DNA from: Pelagomonas calceolata
Lineage: Eukaryota
Direction of reading: 5' to 3'
Length of the DNA: 64,000 nucleotides
Assembly (NCBI GenBank): GCA_918797485.1
Contig: CAKKNE010000005.1
Span: 620,001 to 684,000, forward strand
Below are positions 55,272 to 64,000 of this stretch, piece after piece. How positions within the stretch are numbered: the stretch's first letter is position 1; each line of letters begins with the position of its first letter. Under the pieces are notes generated by a model. That model was not told where the DNA came from, did not search any database, and saw only the letters and a list, made by a program, of their open reading frames with translations. The position numbers were made by a program, and so were the translations under genes.

Positions 55272-56333
55272 TTACTCCTGCGCCGGCGGCGGCGGCGGCG
55301 GCCCGTCCTGGGAGTCCTGCGACAGCGAGAAGGACAGCAACGCGTCCTTGGCCTCGCCCATGCCCCGGCCCATGGCCGCGACGGCGTCGGACCACGTCGG
55401 CGCGCGGACGAGCTCCGCGAGGGAGTCCTGCGACGCCGGCAGCTCCTCGTCATTGTTCGGCGCCGTTGCCGCGAGGCGGTCGTCGAGCCGATCCAGGATG
55501 GGCAGCACGCGCTCGACGAGCAGCTCCTCGAGGCCGTCGAGCCGCGCCTGGAGCTGCGACAGGTCCACGGCCGTCAGCGACGGCATGCGCGGCGCCGCCG
55601 GGTGGCCCACGCGCTGGCGCCGCGCGGGCGGCATGGGACTCACGGACGCGTCGTCGTCGTCGTGCTGCTGCTGCTGCTGGCGGTGCGCGGCCATGCGCGA
55701 CCGTTTTACTTTGGACGCCACGTACACAGGAGTCGTGTAGGCCGATTGAAGCGCGGGCAGGCCGTGCTTCCGGGCCTCCTCGTCTGAGAGCGACGCCTTG
55801 ATGACGAAGCGCTTGTCGCCCTGGCGGTAGGACCCGAGCTCGACGCGAAATCTCAAAATCGCGCCGAGCAGGTTCTCCCTCGCTCCTCGCGGCTCGCCCC
55901 TGGGAGCATCGCATTTCCTCAAATGCGACTGGTCCGCGACGACGACGTACTCGTCCGTGTCGTGGTTCGGCGCGAAGCACAGCGTCAGGTCCAGGACGAC
56001 GTCGCTTGACACTGTGGCCCGCAACGCTCGGGGCAGCCGCACGCGGAACTGCATGAAGTGGTCGGCCTTGGGCGTGGCATCTTTATAAAAGACCTCGCCG
56101 CGCTCGCCGGGCGTCGGCGCGGGCTCGCCGGGTTTCGGTTTTCTTGGGATCAGTTCGGGCGCCCGATTGCCGACCTCGGCCTGGTACGCGCGCTGCGCGT
56201 GGCTGTAGGCGAACTCCTCGACGACCAGCGCGCCGGCGTCGGCGGGGTTCCCGGGCGTGCCGCGGCGCACCATCTTTGCAGAACTTGCGCGGCGGGGGGG
56301 GCTGTTCTCGGTGAGCGCGGCGCCGCGGCGCAT
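55272..56333 (-). CDS. Hypothetical protein, possible CudA-like beta-sandwich DNA-binding domain plus coiled coil
   Basis: LRFRVELGSYRQGDKRFVI..AYTTPVYVASK followed by a basic patch; the start may be 56273. Confidence 0.55.
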   Translation of the reverse strand: MRRGAALTENSPPRRASSAKMVRRGTPGNPADAGALVVEEFAYSHAQRAYQAEVGNRAPELIPRKPKPGEPAPTPGERGEVFYKDATPKADHFMQFRVRLPRALRATVSSDVVLDLTLCFAPNHDTDEYVVVADQSHLRKCDAPRGEPRGARENLLGAILRFRVELGSYRQGDKRFVIKASLSDEEARKHGLPALQSAYTTPVYVASKVKRSRMAAHRQQQQQHDDDDASVSPMPPARRQRVGHPAAPRMPSLTAVDLSQLQARLDGLEELLVERVLPILDRLDDRLAATAPNNDEELPASQDSLAELVRAPTWSDAVAAMGRGMGEAKDALLSFSLSQDSQDGPPPPPPAQE

Positions 56334-56822
56334 CTATGGGGCGCGGCCTCTTTTGTGGCGCGCGGCGCTGTCGGCGTAGTCTTTGAGCACGACGCGGCGC
56401 TTGTGAACGCCGCGCGCGGAACCGCGGGCTTGTGAACAGAGCGCGTTTTTTTTTTTGAGCAGGGACCCGGGAGCGTTCTTTAGCGCGTCGGGGACGGGGG
56501 CGCGCTGGCTCCCGCGTCGCTTTTTGCACGCGTGCGGCTCTTTATAATGCGCGTCCAAGAATGGGCGCCTACGCCCTGAAACTGGTGCGGCAAAAAAAGA
56601 GCTGCTTGCTAGTGTGTTACAGGACGCTAGCTCTCTCAAGTCTTGCGGCGCAGTCGTCGCGCTGTGGGGCTGACAGAGACTGGATATTGCTTGAAGGGTC
56701 GCAGCTGTGCTGTGTTATCAGTGGCAAAACATCTTCTCTGCGATCGCTGCAGCATTTCTTGGCGGCAGAGCAGCAGAACTGCGACTGCAACTCTCCAATA
56801 TTGCCCGCGCGACGCGATAACG

Positions 56823-57752
56823 ATGGGCAAAACCAAGCTCAAGCTGGCCTCCAAGCTGGCAAAGAAACGTAAAAAGCTCAAAAAAGCGCCGCCGCCCCCG
56901 CCGCCGGACCCGTCGAGCAGCAGCAGCAGCGACGACAGCAGCAGCGACGCGAGCAGCAACAGCGACACCAGCAGCGCCGGCGACGCCGCCGCGGGACGCG
57001 TCGACGAAAGGACGCCGGCGTCGAGCAGCAGCGACGACGACGACAGCGACGCGGCGCCGAACCTCTCGGGCGACGCCGAGCTCGAGGGCGTGCTCACCCT
57101 CGACGAGCGCATCGCGCTCCTCGAGGCGGAGCTCGCGCGCGAGAGCAGCGACAGCGACAGCGACGGTAGCGACGACGACAGCGACGACGACAGCGGCGAC
57201 GTCCGGCCCAAGAAGGTCGCCCGGGGCGTCCTCGCCTCGCTCGTCGACGACCGCATCCCGCCCCTGCCGGCCCATTTATTACCTCAGGCGCCGCCCAAGA
57301 AGCGGCACTTCGACGGGCCGCCGCAACGAACTAAACCGGGAACGCCCGACGCGGCCTTCGCGCGCGCGTCGCCGGCCCAGCTCCAGCAGGCGCACCGCCT
57401 GGTCGACGCCTGCGCGGCGTCGGAGAAGGTCAAGCGCGAGTTGTACTGCCGCCTGTGCGCGTTTCAAGGAACCGACCTCGCGGACCTCGAGCGCCACCGG
57501 CGGTCGGACCTCCACATGGTCGCGACGCGCGTCTGGCGCGACCGGTCCTACTGCAAGTTATGTCGGGTCCAGACGACGTCCCCCAATGAATTGGCCGTGC
57601 ACCTGACGTGCAAGAAGCACAAGGAACGGCTCGCCGAGGTCGAAGGAAGGGGGCGCGGCGGCGGGCGCGGTCGCGGTGGGCGCGGCGGCGGGCGCGGGGG
57701 GGGGGGGGGGGGCGGCGCGGCGGCGCAGCCGCTTCTAATTTTTGTGTGTTGA
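56823..57752 (+). CDS. U1-type C2H2 zinc finger protein with Ser/Asp tracts and RGG tail
   Basis: YCRLC..H..SDLH and YCKLC..HLTCKKH; C-terminus uncertain after the G17 run. Confidence 0.75.
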   Translation: MGKTKLKLASKLAKKRKKLKKAPPPPPPDPSSSSSSDDSSSDASSNSDTSSAGDAAAGRVDERTPASSSSDDDDSDAAPNLSGDAELEGVLTLDERIALLEAELARESSDSDSDGSDDDSDDDSGDVRPKKVARGVLASLVDDRIPPLPAHLLPQAPPKKRHFDGPPQRTKPGTPDAAFARASPAQLQQAHRLVDACAASEKVKRELYCRLCAFQGTDLADLERHRRSDLHMVATRVWRDRSYCKLCRVQTTSPNELAVHLTCKKHKERLAEVEGRGRGGGRGRGGRGGGRGGGGGGGAAAQPLLIFVC

Positions 57753-58071
57753 TTTTGTATGTCGGGCGGCCGCGCTTCGCTGCGCGAAGATCCGGCCCTT
57801 TTCGTGTAGCGCGCGCGCAATACCCGTAGGGATAGTGTTCCTGCGGCCGAGGCGCCTGGCTTCCACGGCTTCCCGTACAATCTCCGCCACAGAAACCCGC
57901 ACGAGGTTTTGTGAGCGCGAGCGGAGCGCTCATCATAAAGCAATTCAGCTTTACACCTCGGCATTGGGCAGCCTCCTGGGATCAGTTCTTAAGCCTCTAT
58001 CGCAGCCGCACGCAATCACCAGTGCGGACGGAGTGCGGAGGGCCAGCAGCACTGAATAGCAAGCAGAGATC

Positions 58072-59022
58072 ATGGCAGCGGTCGTGGCCGAAGAAGAGCA
58101 AGCACCAGTGGGTGAGGAAGCAGTGATGGGTGAGGAAGAGCAAACGCTGTCGCTGGTGATGGAAGAACGGGAGCCGGCACGCAGCGAGGAGGCCGAGGCG
58201 GAAGAACCTTACGCCGAGGTAACGGGCGAGACGGGCGTCGTCGAGGGCGTGGTGGTGGAGGAGGCCCCGCTCACGAACGAGACGTTGCGAGACTGGGTGA
58301 AGCGCTGGTGCGGCGGCGAGCGCGAGGGCTTGCCGCCCATTTCGACGTGGAATACAAGTAAGGTCACGGACATGTCGTTCTTGTTTTGTGTGTGGCAGGA
58401 ATCTTGGAAGAACTGGCCCTGTATGAACTATATGGAAGATAATTTTAATAGGATGCTTCCGGCGGCCTCGTCGTCCTTCAACGACGACATCAGCGCGTGG
58501 AATACCTCTAATGTGACGAATATGAGCTGGATGTTCTACAGAGCCTCGTCGTTCAACCAGCCGCTGAACGACTGGCGGGTCGACAACGTCACGGATATGC
58601 AGTACATGTTCGCCGGCGCCTCGTCGTTTAACCACCCGCTCGGCAAATGGAGGGTCGACAACGTCACGAATATGAGCACGATGTTCGCCGGCGCCTCGTC
58701 GTTTAACCAACCGCTGAACAACTGGCGGGTCGACAACGTCACGAATATGCACGCGATGTTCTGCTACGCCTCGGCTTTCAACCAGCCGCTGAACGACTGG
58801 AACACCTTCAACGTTGACCTCTTCAGAAACCAGTCGATGGACGGAATGTTCTACTTGGCCTCGTCGTTCAACCACCCGACTAATGTACCGGACCATTTCC
58901 AGTTCAATCCACACTTTTATATGAAACGGCTTTTTGACTCGATCCCGCTCGGCGACTGGGCATACACGGAAAATATGTATGCGGGCAGCGCCGTGGACAG
59001 AAGTTGCTGCCTTGTCTCGTAA
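58072..59022 (+). CDS. DUF285/BspA-like surface repeat protein
   Basis: 25-aa (75-bp) repeats ASSFNQPLNDWRVDNVTNM..MF. Confidence 0.9.
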   Translation: MAAVVAEEEQAPVGEEAVMGEEEQTLSLVMEEREPARSEEAEAEEPYAEVTGETGVVEGVVVEEAPLTNETLRDWVKRWCGGEREGLPPISTWNTSKVTDMSFLFCVWQESWKNWPCMNYMEDNFNRMLPAASSSFNDDISAWNTSNVTNMSWMFYRASSFNQPLNDWRVDNVTDMQYMFAGASSFNHPLGKWRVDNVTNMSTMFAGASSFNQPLNNWRVDNVTNMHAMFCYASAFNQPLNDWNTFNVDLFRNQSMDGMFYLASSFNHPTNVPDHFQFNPHFYMKRLFDSIPLGDWAYTENMYAGSAVDRSCCLVS

Positions 59023-59080
59023 GTTTACTACGTTCGCACACTCCCGGAAGGAGCAAAAGTAATAATAGTATCCTAATAAT

Positions 59081-62000
59081 TTACGCCGGCGGCAGCGCCG
59101 CCCGGGCTCGGTGCCACGGCGCCAGCTCGAGGGCCCGGTCCCGCGCCGCGCCGTCCGCGACGGCCGCCTCGGGCAGACGCACGTGCTTCTTCAGGTACCG
59201 TGCGACGAACTGGCGCGCGGCGCCGTTCCGCGGCGACGAGTGCGTGCCGTCGACGATGGCCAGCTTGCGACTGCCGCCGTACCTATTTGCTAAGGCCTCG
59301 ACGTGTTTCAAAGCGATGATCCGGTCCGACCGCGCCTGCATGAATAACGCCGGCGCCGAGCACTCGGCCGCGTGCCGCATCGGCGACAAATCTTTAAGAG
59401 GCGACAACCCGGCGAGCTGCTTGCACGTCGCGTCGATGGAGTCCAACACCAAATCCAACGCGAGTCTGGTGACGGTGAAGCCGGCGACGTACTTGCCGAG
59501 GCCGCCCGTCGCCGCCTTGGAGTTCTGCGCCACTAAGTGTCTAGCTAACTCCCCAAAGTCGGCATACGGCGAATCTAAGACACAAGCGTCGAGTCGCGGC
59601 GCGGTCACGTTCTTTTTCGTCAGGTACCTACCTTGATAATAAATGACCGCCGCGGCGCCCATGGAGTGGCCCCAGACGATCAGCGACCCGACGTCACTAC
59701 GCCGTCGCAGATGCAACAGCACGATCCGCAGATCGTCGGCCTCGTGCCACCCTAATGAAACGTGCGCGCCGTCGGAGACACCACTTCCGCCACAGTCCAA
59801 CGCAAATAACGTCGCGCCCAGCGACAGCGCCACGGGCAGGTAGGAACACGCCTGGACGCGCGACGCCGAGTTCGCGTGCATGAAGACGACGCACGGCCTC
59901 TTTGTATCGTCGGTGAAGCGCCAGTGCGAGCAGTGCAGCCGTAAGCCTCGCGCGTTCCGCAAAACCAAGTCGTGCCGTAGGCACCGCTTGTTCTGGAACT
60001 CGAACGACGAAGGTCCTAAGATGCGGCAGTCGTAGAGGAACCGCGGCGGCCGGATGACGGCGGAGACCAACGCGTTGTAGACCGTGGGTCGATCTCCCAA
60101 CGCGCCGCCGCCCTCCGTCGCGAGGGCTTCCGGCGTTCCTACGGTCGCTTTTGCCACTCGCGCCGCGCCGGCCGAGGGCAGGCCGGTCCCAAATATGGAA
60201 TGATACTGGCACCGCGGCCGCTGCGACTGGAGGTCGTAGACCGAGTAGTCATCTAATAACCGCAAGACCTCCCGCGCCGCGCGCTCGTCATCCCTTAAAT
60301 CAATCTCGAAGCGCACGCGCCGCGACGGCGCGTCGAGGTCGTCGTCACTGGACGACTCGTCCTCGGACAACGAAGCAGGAGCTTCTGGCAGTTTGGGCGC
60401 CGGCGAGAACCACCAGGAGGCCTGGACCTTGGGCTGCGTCGCGCGGCCCTTGGACAGCGCCGCGAGTCTCCTCAATCGCTTTCTTCTAGCGTCGTCGTGG
60501 GAAGTCGACCGTCTCCGCATGAACGCCGGCCCCCAGCAGTCGAAGGGCTGCTCGGCCTCGAAGCGTATAATAGATTTGTCGCGCGTCCACCGTCGCAGTT
60601 TCGCAAAGGGCACGCTCTGGAGCTCGGACGTCAGGTCGTTGGATAGGATGGCGGCACCATCTCTAGAAACAGCTAACACGCGGGGCGGGCAGGCCTGGTC
60701 CCGCATCGTCTCGCCGGGCGCGCGCCGCCGCACGGCGCAGGGGAACAACTGCGCGCCGAAGCGCGACGTCGACGCGACCGTCGCGAGGAACGCGGCCTCG
60801 GGCGCGTCCCCGTCGTCCGAGACGACGCGCTCGCCGTCCGCGACGGGCTCGACGATCTCCAGCTCGATCTTGGCGGCCTTCTTCGGCGCCTGGGCGACGG
60901 CTCGGGCCTTATCTCTTTTCGCGGCTTTCTGCGCGAGATGTCCATCGAGAGCGGCGCGGACGCGGACCTCGTCGGCGCTCCCGAACTCCTGGACGCCGTG
61001 CGTCGCCAGCAGCGTGAGGGCCAGCGGCCTTACTATCGTATCGTCGTCGCCGTCGAGGCCCCGCTTCGCAGCCTGGCCGCGCGCGCGCGCCCAGAGCCGG
61101 AGCGCCGCGAGGTCGCCCGTGACGGCGTCGGGGAACGGCGCGGCGCAGCGCTCGTCGAGGGCGTAGGCGGCGGCCTGCGTGCGTTTTAGTGTCGATGGCC
61201 GCGACGGCGTCGACGCGATGAGTAGGACGCGGCACCATGCTTGCGCGTGCAACAAGCGAGCGAGCGCGAACTCGTTGGCGGAGGCGGTCGACGTCCGGAA
61301 GCCCCGCGCGGCGGCCGCGAGCTGCGCCGTCGTAATGAGGCGCACGGCGAGGACTACCGATTGATTCCGCAGGGACCGGGCCGTCGCGTCGGGCTCGTGC
61401 CGCGCGGCGCAGCGGCCGTCGCCGTTGTACGCATACAGTCCGAGCGCCGAGACGTACTCGGCGCCGACGCCGATCGCTAACGCCGCCGCCGACTGGATGG
61501 ACCGGGCCGTGTCGTCGTTCCTAGCTGTCACTTTGATGGAAGAGCCGTCGATAAAAGCCACCTCCACAACACATGTAGACATCGCGCCGAACCGACCTCG
61601 ATCCCTCAATGCTTGTCCGACGTCGCACGAAGACGTCCGCGCCGTACTCGTACCGTTCGCGACCTCGTAGCTTTCGCCCTTGATCAGCTTGGGGAGCATG
61701 TGGGCCCTCCCTATATCTCTAGCTTTCTGCAGTAGACTTCTTCTTTTGGGAGCGGGCGGCGGCGTGGTGACGACGGTTAACGACGCCATCTGCGGCGTCT
61801 CATCAGAGTCGTTGTACGCGGCCCAGTCGTCGATGCGTTGTGCAGCTTGCTTGCGGACCATCGACGGCGGCAACGAAGAAGACCGCTTCTTCGGGCCGCC
61901 CCGCCGCCCGACGGGCACCTCGAGGGGCGTGAAGTCGCGCGTGGCGCGCGGCGCCTCGTCGGGTTCTAGGTCGAGGTCGTACTGCGGGAGGCTCGGCATA

Positions 62001-62116
62001 AACTCCGACCCGACGGCGTCAATTTCAAACTCCTGCTGCATGATCTCTTGCAAAGCGGCGGCGGGGCCCGCACTCTTCTGGGGTGTGGCCTTGCGGCCAT
62101 AACCAAAAAACTCCAT
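59081..62116 (-). CDS. FERM-like domain + alpha/beta hydrolase fusion; probable in-frame GC-AG intron 61175-61240
   Basis: VAFIDGS..V, LLHAQA..LAAL, FGAQLF..LAVSRDG (FERM lobes); IRPPR..Y, G.G.SDG.HVSLGWHE.DDL, WGHSMGA, LDSPY. Confidence 0.8.
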   Translation of the reverse strand: MEFFGYGRKATPQKSAGPAAALQEIMQQEFEIDAVGSEFMPSLPQYDLDLEPDEAPRATRDFTPLEVPVGRRGGPKKRSSSLPPSMVRKQAAQRIDDWAAYNDSDETPQMASLTVVTTPPPAPKRRSLLQKARDIGRAHMLPKLIKGESYEVANGTSTARTSSCDVGQALRDRGRFGAMSTCVVEVAFIDGSSIKVTARNDDTARSIQSAAALAIGVGAEYVSALGLYAYNGDGRCAARHEPDATARSLRNQSVVLAVRLITTAQLAAAARGFRTSTASANEFALARLLHAQAWCRVLLIASTPSRPSTLKRTQAAAYALDERCAAPFPDAVTGDLAALRLWARARGQAAKRGLDGDDDTIVRPLALTLLATHGVQEFGSADEVRVRAALDGHLAQKAAKRDKARAVAQAPKKAAKIELEIVEPVADGERVVSDDGDAPEAAFLATVASTSRFGAQLFPCAVRRRAPGETMRDQACPPRVLAVSRDGAAILSNDLTSELQSVPFAKLRRWTRDKSIIRFEAEQPFDCWGPAFMRRRSTSHDDARRKRLRRLAALSKGRATQPKVQASWWFSPAPKLPEAPASLSEDESSSDDDLDAPSRRVRFEIDLRDDERAAREVLRLLDDYSVYDLQSQRPRCQYHSIFGTGLPSAGAARVAKATVGTPEALATEGGGALGDRPTVYNALVSAVIRPPRFLYDCRILGPSSFEFQNKRCLRHDLVLRNARGLRLHCSHWRFTDDTKRPCVVFMHANSASRVQACSYLPVALSLGATLFALDCGGSGVSDGAHVSLGWHEADDLRIVLLHLRRRSDVGSLIVWGHSMGAAAVIYYQGRYLTKKNVTAPRLDACVLDSPYADFGELARHLVAQNSKAATGGLGKYVAGFTVTRLALDLVLDSIDATCKQLAGLSPLKDLSPMRHAAECSAPALFMQARSDRIIALKHVEALANRYGGSRKLAIVDGTHSSPRNGAARQFVARYLKKHVRLPEAAVADGAARDRALELAPWHRARAALPPA

Positions 62117-62684
62117 GCTGATGCCTGGGCAGCCCCTTGCTCTTGCCGCGCGCGGGGCAGCCGCAGCGCTCGCGACGGCGGTCGTGGCCGTCCCGGCGTG
62201 TCGTTCCGGATCCGTGCGGCCTGCGCGACGCGTGAGAGTGCGCCTGCGGCTCACGGCTGCCTGCCAATTTTCATTTTTTGACACGGGTTTTGCCCGTTTG
62301 CCTCCACCCGTTTGGAACCGCATCTGCCCTGCTTGATGAACACGAAGAACGCTACCCGGACGGTTGGCCGTCTTAGGACGAATGCTAGTGTCTTACAGCT
62401 AGCCCACTCCCAGCTGCGCCTTTGTCTTTCGCTCCCGATCGCCCTTGTTGGAGGCCGCTGCGACATATCCGTGGCTCGGTATACCTTCAAGGCTGATCCG
62501 CTCGAAAACCGGTGCAGCGACGGCACCCGCACTCCATAAAAGGGCCCTCAAGTAGGAGGCCCTTTTGCTCGGTGCTCGCTCCCACGCGCGAGGCGCCGCG
62601 CGTCAAAAGACGGCCAGCGCGCAGACGCCACGGGACCGTGCCCCGCACGGAGACCCGCCCGCGCCACCACAAGCACACCGAGGC

Positions 62685-64000
62685 ATGAGCGCCGCGACGC
62701 CCCGAAGACTAGCCCAGCGCCTCGGCTGGACGAAGGCGAGCGACGGCAAGGGCGGCGACTGGGAGGCCTGCGGCGGCGCGGCGAAGTTCAACCTCGAGAA
62801 GCTCGTTGGAAGAGGCAGTTACGGCCAGGTCTGCGCCGCCACTCAAATTAGTGATGGGAAGCAGGTCGCCGTGAAACGAGTGGTAGGAGCCTTCGACTCT
62901 CGCAGGGACGCGCTGTGCATCATCCGCGAAGTGCGCATACTCGCAGCCTTGCCGCGGCACGACAACATCGTGAACCTCCTAGATGTGAGGACGCCGCTCG
63001 AAGACCCCAGTGATGATGCGGACGTGTTCCTCATCTTTGAAAAAGCAGCCACGGACCTGGAGAAGGTCGTGGCCTCGAACCAGTACTTCACGGGCGACCA
63101 CATCCGGTGGCTCTCGCTCGACTTGTTGCGAGGCCTGCGGTGGCTCCACAGCGCGGGCGTCGTCCACCGCGACCTCAAGCCGGCGAACACCGGTGTCCGT
63201 ATTTCAAGGGGAAGGGGGTCTGCGGCGGTTTCACGCCATCGACGCGCGTCGTCTCCAGGAGAGGAGGCCGTGGGTGGTCTCTTTTCCGATTTTGAGGCCG
63301 TTTTTGACTGAGACGGTTCCGTCCGCACAGGCGAACTGCCTCCTGGAGGTCAAGCCCGTCTCCTTGAAGATCTGCGACTTTGGTTTAGCGCGAACGCTAC
63401 CTCGACAACACTTACAACGTTCTGTGTCATTACGGGCGGCGGACGACGACGACGCGGAGTCGCCCAAAGTGTTGCATGCGCGGCCGCCCTTGCGGCGCCA
63501 GATGACCACGCACGTCGTGACGCGGTGGTATCGGGCGCCCGAGTTACTGCTGCGGGCGCCTCAATACAATAGTAGTGTCGACATGTGGGCTTGTGGGTGC
63601 GTCCTAGCTGAACTTTTGTCCATGGAAAAGGCGTCGGTGAAGTGTTATCTTGATAGAAGACCGTTGTTCCCCGGGGACGCGTCCGACCTGTCGCCGAGAA
63701 CGAGGGCGATCGAACCGGGCGACGACCAGCTCGCTACCATAGTCCGAGTCGTTGGTTGTTCAGTACAGGACGTGGCAGCTTTATCGTCTTCGACAGAGGT
63801 GGCTCAAAGACTAGAGGCTGCGAAACGGGCCGCCCCTACAGGCAGGAGGACCTTCGCCGCGCTGTACCCGGGCGCGGAGAAGGACGCCGTCGACCTGCTG
63901 GAGAATTTGATCAAGATGGACCCGGCACAACGGTACTCGGCGGATCAATGTTTGGATCACGCCTACCTGAAGCCGATCCGCGGTGCAAATGATTTACTGG
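62685..64000 (+). CDS. Atypical MAP kinase (3' end outside the window); GC-AG intron 63183-63330
   Basis: GRGSYG, VAVK, HRDLKP-ANCL after splicing, ICDFGLAR, MTTHVVTRWYRAPE. Confidence 0.92.
63191..63330. mobile_element. Older introner within the MAPK catalytic loop
   Basis: TSD gcgaacac vs gcgaactg (6/8); cacgccatcgacgcg core; cacag end. Confidence 0.8.

Noticed and set aside
57696..57712. G17 run as a regulatory or frameshift site
   Set aside because: It lies in a Gly-rich RGG tail; homopolymer length error or slippage is the simpler explanation
58465..58880. Regular repeats that might be a CRISPR array
   Set aside because: They are in-frame 75-bp coding repeats of a DUF285 protein with no unique spacers; the context is eukaryotic and there are no cas genes

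Overview
GC-rich, very gene-dense eukaryotic DNA (about 45 genes, short spacers, mostly 0-1 intron per gene). It is most consistent with a pelagophyte stramenopile alga (Pelagomonas/Aureococcus type); this is inferred from an ASAF-type bipartite plastid presequence, introner elements and the MYND-RING-TPR family. I read 14 introns by hand. Several are intact non-autonomous DNA transposons (introners) with CTGTG..CACAG terminal inverted repeats and 8-bp target-site duplications that supply the GT/GC donor. Six of the 14 use GC donors, and three are in-frame and stop-free, so they are hidden inside ORF calls. Most striking unexplained features: (1) a bipartite CTAGTGT-spacer-(CG)CTAG element seen about 15 times, always intergenic and nearly always upstream of a start codon; (2) a GGGCAGCC box next to many start codons; (3) a tandem duplication at 29.5-32.0 kb that created a helical-bundle/kinase/DJ-1-tail chimera whose DJ-1 part diverged almost only at silent sites; (4) a foldback MITE-like element; (5) an EF-hand inserted into a TRIC-type channel. 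All protein calls come from motif recognition, not database searches.
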